A stretch of DNA of 64,000 nucleotides. Source: an uncultured Gammaproteobacteria bacterium. Lineage in GTDB: Bacteria; Pseudomonadota; Gammaproteobacteria; Pseudomonadales; Halieaceae. The stretch covers positions 253 to 64,252 of the forward strand of contig CAWJQO010000025.1 in assembly GCA_963844975.1 (NCBI GenBank), given 5' to 3'. The notes under the pieces are model-generated. The model was not told the origin of the DNA, ran no database searches, and saw nothing but the letters and a program-made list of their open reading frames with translations. The translations under genes were made by a program, and so were the position numbers. Positions 22,411 to 33,860 of this stretch are shown here, in pieces. Within the stretch, counting starts at the first letter, position 1, and the number at the start of each line of letters is the position of its first letter.

Positions 22411-23632
22411 ATGACTGACGTAATGAAGGGTGTTCGTATTCTTGAGGTGGCGGAGCATATGTTTGTGCCCGCCGCGTCCGCTATCCTGTCTGACTGGGGC
22501 GCCGATGTCATCAAGGTCGAGCATCATCTGCGCGGCGATGCGATGCGCGGACTCGGTAGCACCGGCGTGCTCGATCTGTCCAAGGGCGTGCATGTACTGA
22601 ACGAACATTCCAACCGCGGGAAGCGCTCTATCGGTCTTGATCTATCCAGCGAAGAGGGCGTGCAGGTGCTGTATGAACTGGCGAAGACCTGTGATGTGTT
22701 TCTGACCAACAAGTTGCCCGAGGTGTCTGGAGAAATTGCTCATCGATGTGCCACACATCCGCAAGCACAATCGGGACATTATCTATGTGCGCGGCACCGC
22801 CTCCGGGCCCAAAGGTCCCGATGGCAATCGCGGCGGCTATGACATGACCAGTTTCTGGTGTCGCAGTGGCTGCGCGTACAGTGTCAGTCCCCCTGGCATG
22901 GGGTTTGTCCTGCCGCAACCGGGGCCGGGATTTGGGGATTCAATCGGCGGCATGACCATAGCGGGCGGCATCGCGGCCGCCCTGTACAAGCGGGAGCGAA
23001 CGGGCGAGCCGTCGGTGGTCGATGTGTCACTGCTGGCGGCGGGTGTCTGGTCGCTGGGTCCGACCATTGCCCTGTCCGGCCAGAGCGGAAAGCCCTGGAG
23101 TCTCGGCGGTGGTGGTGCGACGGGTTCCAGTAATCCGCTGACCGGCCTCTATAAAACCTCGGATGAGCGCTTTGTTTCGCTCGTCATGTTGCAGGGTTTT
23201 CACTACTGGCCGGATTTTTGCCGCCATATCGACCGCGCTGACCTGATCGACGATCCGCGCTTTGATTCCGTGGCGAATCTTGCCGCGAATGCCGGGCAGG
23301 CGGGCGACATCATCCGCGCGGAATTCGCCAAACATACGCTGGCTGAATGGACGCAGAAATTCCAGACGCTCAAGGGGCAATGGGCTCCGGTGCAAAACAG
23401 CGTGGAGGTCGCGGCGGACCCGCAGGTTCGAGCCAATGGCTACATCACCAGCGCTACGACGAAGGAGGGTACACACTTTGAACTGGTCTCAACCCCCGTA
23501 CAGTTCGATGAGCACCCGGCAACGACGGCGCGTGCTCCGGAGTTCAATGAACACTGCGAAGAAATTTTGCTGGAGGCAGGGATCAGTGCGGAGCGTATGA
23601 TTGAATTGAAGGTCGCTGGCGTTCTCGCTTGA
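22411..23632 (+). CDS. CaiB/BaiF class III CoA-transferase (frameshift near 22730)
   Basis: GADVIKVE, NRGKRSIGLDL, GGYD, FGDSIGG, VDVSLL. Confidence 0.92.
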
Positions 23633-23739
23633 GTTGAGCCGCTGCGACAGAGTATCTGACGATCGTCACATAAGCTGGTCCTGAGACGGCGCTATGTACT
23701 GCAAAAGCACATAATAGTCCTGGGAAGGGAGATAAGAGT

Positions 23740-25048
23740 ATGCGTTTGGAAGATATGATACTGGTCAGTGTAGATGATCATGTGGTTGAGCCGCCCGACA
23801 TGTTCAAAAATCACCTCACGGCGGAATATCAGGCCAAGGCGCCGAAAGTCTCCCGCTTGTCCAGTGGTTGTGATGTCTGGGAATTCAATGGGCAAAAACT
23901 TCCTAACATAGGCCTCAATGCCGTGGTCGGTCGCGTGCCGGAAGAGTACGGCGTGGAGCCGACGTCCTACGATCAGTTGCGCAAAGGCTGTTATGACGTG
24001 CACGCCCGCGTCGCCGATATGAATGCCAATGGCGTACTGGGTTCCATCTGTTTCCCGTCCTTTCCCGGTTTTGTGGGTCAGTTGTGGTCTTCCTGCGAAG
24101 ACAAAACGCTGGCCCGCGTGATGTTGCAGGCCTACAACGACTGGCATATCGATGAGTGGGCGGGCAGTTACCCGGATCGGTTTATTCCGCTGTCCATGCC
24201 GGCGATCTGGGATCCGAAGGTGATGGCCGAGGAAGTGCGGCGGGTGGCGAAGAAGGGCTGCAGGGCCGTCAGTTTTACCGAGAACCCGGACAAGCTGCGC
24301 CTGCCGAGCATACACTCCGCGCACTGGGAGCCGTTCTGGCAGGCCTGTGTCGACGAGGGCATGACTATCCTGATTCATATCGGTTCGGGTGGCGGTATGG
24401 TGTTTCCCACCATGGACTCGCCGGTGGAGGTGATGATCAGCACCACCCCGATCAGCATCGTGAACCTGGCGGCAGACCTGTTATTTTCGACGCTGTTGCG
24501 CAAGTACCCGACGCTGAAATTTGCACTGTCCGAAGGCGGTATCGGCTGGGTGCCGTATTTTCTGGAGCGTGCCGATTACACCTACAACCATCACCATGCG
24601 TGGACCCACCAGGATTTCGGTAAGAAATTGCCCAGCGAAGTGTTTCGCGAGCACATCTTCAACTGCTTTATTGATGACAAGGCCGGCATCAGGATGCGCG
24701 ATCTCATCGGCATCGAAACCATCATGTGGGAGTGCGATTACCCGCATTCTGATACTACCTGGCCGCGCGCACCTGAAACTCTATGGGAGAGCCTCGAGCG
24801 GCGTTTCGGATGATGACATCAATAAGATGACGCACGAAAATGCCATGCGGGCCTTCGAATGGGATTTTCAGCCGTCCCGTCCGCGTGAGCGTTGCACGGT
24901 CGGTGCGCTGCGCAGCGAAGCGACCGGATGTTGATTTGACTCTCATGAGGGGTGTGGGTGGAATGAAGCCGCATGAAGCAGGGTGCGCCGGATAGTCACA
25001 GCTGGCGACATCATGAAACAGTTGGCTGATGCTTTCGTCGAGCATTAG
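23740..25048 (+). CDS. Amidohydrolase_2 family protein (C-terminal frameshifts)
   Basis: SVDDHVVEPPD, AYNDWHIDEW, LSEGGIGW, WECDYPHSD. Confidence 0.9.
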
Positions 25049-25073
25049 CGCAAGGGGGTAGGGGGCGAGCACT

Positions 25074-26544
25074 ATGCATAATGGCCCCAAAGGCGAGCCT
25101 CGCCTTTACATCAATGGTGCGCTGGTTGACGCAGAGTCGGGCAAAACCTACGACAATATCAACCCGACCACCGAAGCGATTCTGGGCCAGTGCGCAGATG
25201 CGGGAGCAGTGGATGCCGAGCACGCCATCAGCGCCGCTCGGATCGCGTTCGATACCACCGACTGGTCGACCAATCATGCACAAAGACTGGGGCACCTGCG
25301 CCGTTTCGCCGACGCGATCAAGCTCGCCGCAGACGAAATTTTTCGACCGCTGCTCATGGCAGAAGCGGGCCAACCACACGCTGTCACGCTGGGTCCGGGT
25401 TGCGACGAGCCGCTCAGCCATCTCGATTGGGTATTGGAGACGGTAGCCAGTTTCCAGTGGCAACGGGATCTGCCGACCATCATGGCACAGGGCGTAAAAA
25501 GCCAGCGGCAGGTATGGCGCGAGGCGGTGGGCGTGGTAGCCGCAATCACGCCATGGAATTTTCCCCTGCAAACCAACCTTGCGAAGATTTTCCCCGCACT
25601 CGCCGCTGGTAATACCGTGGTACTCAAGCCGGCACCGGATACGCCCTGGACCGCGACTGCCCTTGGCCGGCTCGCAGCCGAGGTTGGCTTGCCAGCAGGT
25701 GTGTTCAATGTGCTTACGTCGTCTGATCCCGCTACCGTTGGCGAAATACTGTGCGCCGATCCGCGCGTCGATATGGTGACGTTTACCGGATCAACGATGG
25801 TCGGCAAGCGCATCATGGTGGCGGCGGCAGAGACCGTGAAAAAGGTATTTCTGGAGCTGGGCGGAAAGTCCGCGTTGATACTACTTGATGACGCCAATTT
25901 CGATATCGGTGTGCTACATGCGCTGGGCGTGTGTTATCACGCAGGACAAGGTTGTGCCATTCCTACCCGCATGCTGGTGCCGCGCGCGCGTTACGCCGAG
26001 GCAGTGGAGAAACTGACACCTATTTTCAAGGGCATGACCTACGGTGACCCGACTGATCCCAGGCATATCATGGGACCGGTCATCAACCGCAAGCAGTTCG
26101 ACAGGATACTGGGCATGATTCGTCGCGGGGTTGAAGAAGGCGCCACGCTTGCGGCGGGCGGCCATCCCGCACCGGACAGGAAGCAGGGGTTCTTCATCCA
26201 GCCCACATTATTCACCGATGTCAGCAACGATATGAGTATTGCGCGACAGGAAATTTTTGGGCCGGTGATGGTGATGATTCCCTTCGAGGACGACGACGAC
26301 GCGGTGCGCATCGCTAACGACAGCATATACGGCCTGTCAGGCGCGTATACATTCATAGGACAAGGAGCGCGCACTGGCCGTGGCCAGGCGTATTCGCAGC
26401 GGCAGCCTCAGTATCAACGGTGCCGGGTTCTTCGGCGCCGACGCGCCTTTCGGGGGTTATAAACACAGTGGTGTGGGCCGCGAGATGGGTCTTGAGGGAC
26501 TCATGGAGTATATGGAAGTGAAGACTGTTGGCTTTCCCGCGTAG
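25074..26544 (+). CDS. Aldehyde dehydrogenase (frameshift near 26355)
   Basis: [43 protein letters not shown]. Confidence 0.93.
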
Positions 26545-26576
26545 CGACGGGGCTCGTCAGCTCCAGTGTGCAGTCT

Positions 26577-27173
26577 CTACTCCATTTCCAGGGATTGCTG
26601 CCCGATAGCTGTAGGAGTGCCGCGCTGTTGCAGGCCACTCTGCCCGCTACCCGGATTGGAGACCATATTCAGTGTATCGGGCAGCTGTTGTAGCAGGGAA
26701 CTGCCCCATTTGTGCTGTGGCAGGGGACCAATCAGGTCACCCGCATCCACCACAGAAACGAAGCCCAGAAAGGGTTGAATGGCTTTGCCGCCACCGCCGT
26801 AATTGTCCCAATGTGAGCGCGTTGCACTGGTTACCAGGTGTTGCCTGTCAAAGGTGAGGAGCAGAAATTCGCCCTTGACGCGCATCTCACCCCAATCCGC
26901 AGACAGAAAATCGGCGCCCAGTGCGCCCAGGCTTAGCCCGATGGAATCCTCGCGAATATGCCAGTGCTCCCATGCAAGCACAAACCCGGAATCAGTGGCG
27001 GACATACGCTGTGGCGGGCCCAGCAGGTCCAGCGCCTGCGCGAGTGGCATATTCTGCTGTGGCAGATCAATAGCAGTCAGCGGTGTGCCCAGGTCATAGC
27101 GCCACTGCGAACAGGCTGTTAACAGCCCGCAGACCAGCAGTGCAGCAGCAATGCGTGGTGACCTAGCCTTCAT
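26577..27173 (-). CDS. Hypothetical lipoprotein, SmpA/BamE-like
   Basis: Lipobox LLTAC; ALDLLGPPQ motif. Confidence 0.65.
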   Translation of the reverse strand: MKARSPRIAAALLVCGLLTACSQWRYDLGTPLTAIDLPQQNMPLAQALDLLGPPQRMSATDSGFVLAWEHWHIREDSIGLSLGALGADFLSADWGEMRVKGEFLLLTFDRQHLVTSATRSHWDNYGGGGKAIQPFLGFVSVVDAGDLIGPLPQHKWGSSLLQQLPDTLNMVSNPGSGQSGLQQRGTPTAIGQQSLEME

Positions 27174-27546
27174 CGGATTGATAAATGCGTGTGGAATATT
27201 CGGTCAGGACATCATGCTCATTGAAGAAAAATATGGCCCGGTCATAACGGGTATCAATACGCATGCGGTTGTATACGATCAGGATCAGGCCGTCACCTTT
27301 GGATTGCTCAAACAGGTAGTACAGAGCTGTCTCGCCATCAAGCGCAATCACCTGCGATGGTGGCCCCAGCAGCGCCAGGACATTGGCGCGCGTGCTTTCT
27401 CCTTTGGTCAATTTATCGGTGACTTCTGTTTGCCAGTTCACCTCCACACCGCGTTTACTGTCGAATTGTGCGCAGGCACCCAACAGGCTCATACACAGCG
27501 CCAGAGAAATAAGCAGGGCTGATTGTTTCATAGGATTTTCACTCAT
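27163..27546 (-). CDS. SmpA/OmlA (BamE-like) lipoprotein
   Basis: Lipobox LLGAC; GESTRANVLALLGPPS...ALYY...IFFFNEHDVL. Confidence 0.72.
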   Translation of the reverse strand: MSENPMKQSALLISLALCMSLLGACAQFDSKRGVEVNWQTEVTDKLTKGESTRANVLALLGPPSQVIALDGETALYYLFEQSKGDGLILIVYNRMRIDTRYDRAIFFFNEHDVLTEYSTRIYQSDEG

Positions 27547-27846
27547 GCAGTGACAAATAAAAGAAAGAATACGGCATTCAGGTGGCTATGGCCATGAGTC
27601 AAAGTCCGCCGTGGGTTGCTGCGCAGTTCCTGGAAAAAGCAGTTTTTGCCAGTGGAAGTGTTATCTGACGCACAAATATTCAGATTCATATTGTGTTAGT
27701 TCTTTTTAAAGGTCACATCGCGGTAGCCTATGGCCTATAGTGGAGTCGGTTGGTTTTACCGCATTTGTGTGTGGCGATCGGCCAGCTAATTATTACACGA
27801 CTATGCTCTGGCATAGCGTGGAAAGGAGAGGACAAGGACTTACACT

Positions 27847-29220
27847 ATGTCAGAAGAACCGGTAAAGATAGAATCTCAACAGCAGTCTTTGTCCTCGACC
27901 TATGCTAGTTTCCCGGGCCGCACCATAACGACACTGGGCCGCACCTTCAGTTCAGTCCTGGATGTCGGACGGGAACTGCTGGCGCGGCGGCGTAACTCCC
28001 AGCCGGCGCCACTGAAGACCACCGCCAATCTCATTGCCTTATGTCGGGAGCTACTGCAGCACCGCGGTGAGGCTTCGGGTCTGGCACTGGCCAGTGAGGT
28101 CGTGGACGGTTACCAAAATCTGCCTGAATCCCAGAGGGAGAGATTTTTCGCCAGTCTGGCCACCGAGTTTGAAGTCGACAGTGCCGCCATTTTGCAGGCA
28201 GCCGATCGCTATCGTGAGGATAGAAGCCTGGAAAATCTGTGGGCGATACACCGGGCGGCGGAGGCGCCTCGCCAGAAGCTGTTTCGCCGTATCAACACCG
28301 CGCCAGAGGGGACCCGAACACTGGTGGCGATGCGCGGTCATCTTTTAGAGGTACTACGTTCGCATCCGGACCTCATGGGAGTCGATTCCGACCTCAAGCA
28401 CCTGTTTATTTCCTGGTTCAATAAGGGGTTTCTGGAGTTGCGGCGCATTGATTGGTCGTCGCCGGCCAGCGTGTTGGAAAAGATCATCCACTATGAGGCG
28501 GTCCACGAGATCAACGGTTGGGAGGATCTGCGCAGCCGTCTGCGTGATGATCGCCGCTGCTTTGCCTTTTTTCATCCGGCTCTGGATAACGACCCGCTGG
28601 TGTTTGTGGAAATTGCCCTCACTGACAAGATCCCGGATTCACTGGCGCCGCTGTTGGTAGAGGAGAGAGATAAACAGCTGGATAAGCGCGTCAATACGGT
28701 GGTCTTCTACTCAATTAGCAACTGCCATCCCGGTCTGGCTGGTATTTCCTTCGGTAATTTCCTTATCAAGAACGTTGTAGAGGAATTGAGGAAGGAGATC
28801 TCCACGCTAAAAACATTTGTCACCCTGTCTCCGGTGCCGGGCTTTCGCAAATGGTTGCTCGACAATCCATTGGATGGGCTGGTCGCTGCCGAGCTTGTTG
28901 ATAGGGTGAGGGAGCCAATGGGCCGCGTGGTGGATGCTCAGGTCCATGATGCCCTGCTCAAACTCTGCGCACATTATCTTCTGAGGGTGAAGTCTGGCCT
29001 GTTGCCCCGCGATTCAGTGGCTCGCTTTCACCTCGGTAATGGTGCGCAGCTCTATGGTTTGCATGGCGCAGCAGACCTGTCAGTAAAGGGTAGGGAGCAG
29101 TCAGCGGGAATTATGGCCAATTACCTGTACGATCTGCCGAGCATCGAAGAAAACCACGAGGCCTATTTTGATCAGGGTAAAATAGCGGTGTCGCGCACGG
29201 TGAGTCGGCTGTTGGACTAG
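27847..29220 (+). CDS. Malonyl-CoA decarboxylase
   Basis: YEAVHEI, DRRCFAFFHP, VFYSISNC, GISFGNFLIK, TLSPVPGF, VARFHLGNGA, QSAGIMANYLY. Confidence 0.93.
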   Translation: MSEEPVKIESQQQSLSSTYASFPGRTITTLGRTFSSVLDVGRELLARRRNSQPAPLKTTANLIALCRELLQHRGEASGLALASEVVDGYQNLPESQRERFFASLATEFEVDSAAILQAADRYREDRSLENLWAIHRAAEAPRQKLFRRINTAPEGTRTLVAMRGHLLEVLRSHPDLMGVDSDLKHLFISWFNKGFLELRRIDWSSPASVLEKIIHYEAVHEINGWEDLRSRLRDDRRCFAFFHPALDNDPLVFVEIALTDKIPDSLAPLLVEERDKQLDKRVNTVVFYSISNCHPGLAGISFGNFLIKNVVEELRKEISTLKTFVTLSPVPGFRKWLLDNPLDGLVAAELVDRVREPMGRVVDAQVHDALLKLCAHYLLRVKSGLLPRDSVARFHLGNGAQLYGLHGAADLSVKGREQSAGIMANYLYDLPSIEENHEAYFDQGKIAVSRTVSRLLD

Positions 29221-29223
29221 AGA

Positions 29224-29974
29224 TTAGCGCGCCGCCATGGCCATGCGTCGGCGCAGAAATGCGATTTGCGTGGCCAGCGGCAAGTCCTTGGGGCACATAT
29301 CCTCGCAGCCCAGCAGCGTCATGCAGCCGAACACGCCGGATTCATCGCCGATCAACTCATAGTAGTCTGCATCGGTGCGTTGGTCTCTCGGATCCAGTCG
29401 AAAGCGTGCAATCTGGTTGAGTCCCACGGCGCCCACGAAGTCCTCGTGCATCTGGGCAGTGCCGCAGGCCGCGATGCAGCAACCACACTCTATACAGCGT
29501 TCCAGTTCATATATTTTCTCCGCCAGTTCTGGCTCCATGGCCTGTCTCCATGCTGTCGATATCGATCCGCTCCAGGTTTTGCGCGTGGACCCAGGTCTCC
29601 AGCCGTTCGGACATGCCGCGCATCCACTTCCCGGTATTAACCGACAGGTCGCCGATCAACTCAAAGGCCGGTAGCGGTGCGAGTGTGATGTTGTCGGGCA
29701 GGTCCCTGGTCAGGGTGCGGCAGGCCAGTGCAGGGCGACCATTGACAATCATGCCGCAGCTGCCGCAGATACCGGCGCGACACACGAAATCGAATTGCAG
29801 GGAAGGGTCCTGCGTCTGGCGAATTTCGTTCAGGGCGATGAACAGCGTCATAGTGTCCGCCTCTTCCAGTTCGAAAGACTGAAGTCGCGGTACGCTGTCC
29901 GGATCGTGCGGATTGTGGCGCAGTATCCGGATGTGCAGAGTGCGGGACATCTCCTTTACCGGGATACGGTTCAT
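29224..29974 (-). CDS. frdB: Fumarate reductase/succinate dehydrogenase Fe-S subunit (frameshift near 29540)
   Basis: FDFVCRAGICGSCG, CIECGCCIAAC, CMTLLGCEDMCPK. Confidence 0.92.
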
Positions 29975-31951
29975 TGCTCTTCTCCCAGACGCTGATTGCG
30001 TCCGCGCAGGTACTCCGGCAACAGGTGCCGGAAGGGCATTAGTGCTTCCTGGCGACTGAAGCGGTCGGCTGCGCCCATACCGGCCAGCACCCTGTCAATT
30101 TCCTGCTGGCGCCGGATTGTATCCGGGTGCTCGATGTAGTCCCGGGCGCCATAGCCGCGCCAACCCGGGGGTAATTCCATGCGCATGATGTCCAGTGCTT
30201 CGTAAGTCAGCACCGGGAGCTGCGCCTGTGGGTCCGGCCAGGTGGCGAGGGTACGTCGCATCCACGTGCTGTCGTTACGCTGTGGATAGTCCGCGCGGTA
30301 ATGGGCGCCGCGACTCTCGGTGCGTTGCAGGGCACCGAAAGCAACACATAGCGCCAGCTTCAGCATGCGCGGCAGCCGGTAGGCGGCCACCAACTCCGGA
30401 TTGGCGCCCGGCGCGTTGCTGCGCAGCGAAACGTTTGTCCGCGCGGCGCTGCAATTCCTGCAATTTGGCAACCGCGTCCTGCAGGTGCTCACCGTGGCGG
30501 AATATGCCCACTTGCCCGGTCATCGTATCCTGCATGAGTCTGGTGAGCTCAAAGGCGTTTTCGCCGCCCTCGCAGTCGGCGATTGCGGCCAGTCGCTGCC
30601 GTTCGTGCCAGCCGAAGGACTCAGCCAGTGTGGTGGAAATATGCAGTGCACCGTCTGTGGAGTTACAGAAATCCGCCATGCTGTCGCCGACTATCATGCC
30701 AGCTACCACCGTCTCCGCGACGGAATTGCCGCCCAGTCGATTGAAACCGTGCATATCCCAACAGGCTGACTCTCCCGCTGCGAACAAGCCTTTCAACGTC
30801 GGGCTGTGGCCCTGATGATTGGTGCGCACGCCACCCATGGAGTAGTGTTGTGCCGGTCTTACCGGAATCAGTTCCTGCGCCGGATCAATCCCGAGGAAGT
30901 AGCGGCAGATCTCCTTTACTTCGCGCAGATTGCGCTCGATGTGTGCCCGACCCAACGGGCGAATATCGAGCCACAGGTGTTCTCCGAAACGACTGTGTAC
31001 ACCGTGACCTGCTGCGATATGCTCCTCCATGCGGCGCGACACGACGTCGCGGGAGGCCAGCTCCTTTTTATCGGGCTCATAGTCGGGCATGAAGCGGCGG
31101 TTCGCAGCGTCCAGCAGCAGTCCGCCGTCACCGCGACAGGCCTCGGTAACCAGAATCCCGGCGGGAACAATTCCGGTGGGGTGAAACTGTATGGCTTCCA
31201 TATTTCCCAGGCAGGCAATACCGGTTTCCAGTGCGATGGCCGCACCCATGCCCTCGTTAATGATGGCATTGGTGGAAGCCCGGTAGATACGACCGAAACC
31301 GCCGGTAGCGATACAGGTGGCCTTGGCGACATAGGCAAGGATCTCGCCATTTATCAGATTGCGTGCGATAGCGCCGCAGCAGCGCTCACCATCGTGAATG
31401 AGCGAAAGCGCTTCCATGCGTTCATGTACCGGAATGTTGGCGGCAATGGCCTGGTTACTCATGGTGTACAGCATGGCGTGACCGGTGCCGTCTGACACAT
31501 AGCAGGCACGCCATTTCTGGGTGCCGCCAAAATTGCGCGAAGTGATTAGCCCGTGGGCCGCGGCTGTTTCCGAGATGGTCTTCCTGACGCCATCCTCGGT
31601 AATCTGGCGCTCGCCGCGCTGCACCCGATTCCACGGTACACCCCAGGCGGTGAGTTCGCGTATGGCCTTGGGCGCAGTGTGGGCAAACATGCGTACCACC
31701 TGCTGGTCAGCGCCCCAGTCGCTGCCACGCACCGTATCGGCGAAATGGCAATCCTCATTGTCGCCAGCCGCACCCAGGCAATTGCCGAGGCTGGCCTGCA
31801 TGCCGCCCTGGGCTGCCGCTGAGTGAGAGCGTTTGGCCGGTACCAGGCTGAGTACAATCGTATCGAGGCCGCGCCGTTTTACGCCGATAGCCGCGCGTTG
31901 ACCGGCGAGGCCGCCGCCAATGACCAGTACATCTGTATAGATAATCTGCAT
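29971..31951 (-). CDS. frdA: Fumarate reductase flavoprotein subunit (frameshift near 30435)
   Basis: [16 protein letters not shown] (FAD His), [39 protein letters not shown]. Confidence 0.93.
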
Positions 31952-31954
31952 GGT

Positions 31955-32689
31955 CTAGTTTTCCTCACGCCGCGGTAAAGTAGCGCCCGGTATGTACGGT
32001 TCACCCACGTGATCGGCGTGCTCGTATCCGATCTTCATGTAGGTGAGCAGGCTGGCGCTTCCCAGGCACAGGAAGAAGACCACGATACACCACATGGCGA
32101 TTTTCAGGCGGGTCCGCACAACCCTGGCGTTTGCGGTGGAAAATGCGCCCCACTTCATGACCAGGCGGTACATACCAATCCCCGCGTGGAGATGAACCGC
32201 CACCAGCAGTAAGGCATAGAGAATCCAGAAGTTGCCGCTCCAGATACGATCCGACGAGGCATAGGGGCCAATATTCTCGGGCTGTGCAATGACCATATAC
32301 AGATGCGCGGACACCAGGAAAAATAGACAAAAGCCAGTGACGACCTGAACATACCAGAGCGTGGTATCCGGGTGGCGCACAGCGCCCATATGTCGACGAA
32401 ATTCTGCGTACTGCCTTTGGTTGCCCGGGAACTTGCGCAGTGCCAACAGGGCATGGCCGGCGATCAACAGAAAAACTACCACTCCCACAGCGGATACCAG
32501 CAGTGGATAGGGCCTGCCGAACAGCGGTTCTCCCTCAAACATTTTGGTTACCCAGTACATGGCGTCCATGCCCAGCAGAATGCTGGACTCGAAGAACATG
32601 TGCGCCCACACGAAGAGCACCAGTAACAACCCGGAAAGGCTCTGCAGTATATCCATGCGCGCTGGCCAGACAGACACAGTTCTCGACAT
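31955..32689 (-). CDS. frdC: Diheme cytochrome b anchor, Wolinella-type (5 TM)
   Basis: PARMDILQS, AHMFF, GHALLALRKFP, HPDTTLW, SAHLY, LH...YRL..KWG; four heme-ligand His positions present. Confidence 0.9.
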   Translation of the reverse strand: MSRTVSVWPARMDILQSLSGLLLVLFVWAHMFFESSILLGMDAMYWVTKMFEGEPLFGRPYPLLVSAVGVVVFLLIAGHALLALRKFPGNQRQYAEFRRHMGAVRHPDTTLWYVQVVTGFCLFFLVSAHLYMVIAQPENIGPYASSDRIWSGNFWILYALLLVAVHLHAGIGMYRLVMKWGAFSTANARVVRTRLKIAMWCIVVFFLCLGSASLLTYMKIGYEHADHVGEPYIPGATLPRREEN

Positions 32690-32810
32690 CGAAAACTCTT
32701 CCAGAAGTCATTTGTTTGGGATCATACTAAAACTCTTTCGATACTGACTAACCTTGTTCTGGCGCAGTTAACGGTGCATTTGTCAGCTGTGTTACGCGCG
32801 CTTAAGCGGC

Positions 32811-32816
32811 TATAAT
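32811..32816 (+). promoter_or_regulatory. Probable sigma70 -10 element for lipA
   Basis: TATAAT about 40 bp upstream of the start codon. Confidence 0.45.
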
Positions 32817-32853
32817 TGCCGCTCTTCCCCAGGCAGGACCAGGAACAGGATCT

Positions 32854-33843
32854 ATGTCCGACCGAGATCGCATCCCCACCGTGCAGGTGGGCAGCGGAGA
32901 AAAGTTCGTCAACCACAGGGGTATTACCGCCATCAAAGACGGCATCAAGTCGTCTGGTGCTGATGGCCAGCGCCTGAGCAAACCTGACTGGTTGCGGATT
33001 CGCGTGCGCGGCGGCGCCACTTTCGAGAAGGTGCAGGGGATTGTTCAAGAACACCGGTTGGCGACAGTGTGTGAGGAGGCCAAGTGCCCGAACATGAGTG
33101 AGTGCTGGAGTTCCGGTACCGCCACCATCATGTTGATGGGGGATGTGTGCACCCGCGCCTGCCGCTTCTGTGCGGTCAACACCGGCAATCCCAAGGGCTG
33201 GCTGGACGCGGAAGAGCCAGATCATGTCGCGCGCTCGGTCCAGCTGATGAACCTCAATTATGTGGTGCTGACGTCAGTCAACAGGGACGACCTGTCTGAC
33301 GGCGGCGCAGGTCATTATGCGGCCTGCGTGAAACGTGTGAAGGAGGTCAATCCGCACACCGCAGTGGAGGCACTCACACCGGATTTTCTGGGCGTCCCAG
33401 GGGATGTCGAGACCGTGCTGGATTCCGGTATCGAAGTATTTGCGCAGAATATCGAGACCGTCCGTCGCCTGACGCATCCGGTGCGCGATCCCCGCGCCGG
33501 CTACCAGCAAACGCTTGATGTGTTGGCCCATGCCAAGGCGTATCGTCCGGACGTGTTGACCAAGACCAGCCTGATGTTGGGACTGGGAGAAACCGACGAG
33601 GAAATCATGGCGTGCATGCTCGACCTGCGCACGGCAAAGGTTGATATCCTCACCTTGGGCCAGTACCTGCAGCCCACGGTCAACCACTATCCGATCGCCC
33701 GTTATGTCGCTCCCGAACAGTTTGAGCAGTATCGCCGATGGGGCCTTGAAAAGCGCTTTCTGGAAGTTGTCTCCGGCGTATTTGTGCGCTCCAGCTACCG
33801 CGCAGAGCAGGTATTGGCAAAAAATAATGTGGGCTTGTCATAG
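32854..33843 (+). CDS. lipA: Lipoyl synthase
   Basis: [24 protein letters not shown]. Confidence 0.96.
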   Translation: MSDRDRIPTVQVGSGEKFVNHRGITAIKDGIKSSGADGQRLSKPDWLRIRVRGGATFEKVQGIVQEHRLATVCEEAKCPNMSECWSSGTATIMLMGDVCTRACRFCAVNTGNPKGWLDAEEPDHVARSVQLMNLNYVVLTSVNRDDLSDGGAGHYAACVKRVKEVNPHTAVEALTPDFLGVPGDVETVLDSGIEVFAQNIETVRRLTHPVRDPRAGYQQTLDVLAHAKAYRPDVLTKTSLMLGLGETDEEIMACMLDLRTAKVDILTLGQYLQPTVNHYPIARYVAPEQFEQYRRWGLEKRFLEVVSGVFVRSSYRAEQVLAKNNVGLS

Positions 33844-33860
33844 ACCATTCTTTTGATCAA

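Noticed and set aside
27671-27695. Imperfect palindrome CACAAATAT...ATATTGTG upstream of malonyl-CoA decarboxylase
   Set aside because: Single imperfect copy in AT-rich DNA with no linked regulator
32712-32725. FNR-like box TTGTT-N4-ATCAT upstream of frdC
   Set aside because: Two mismatches and only about 25 bp from the start codon; too weak to call
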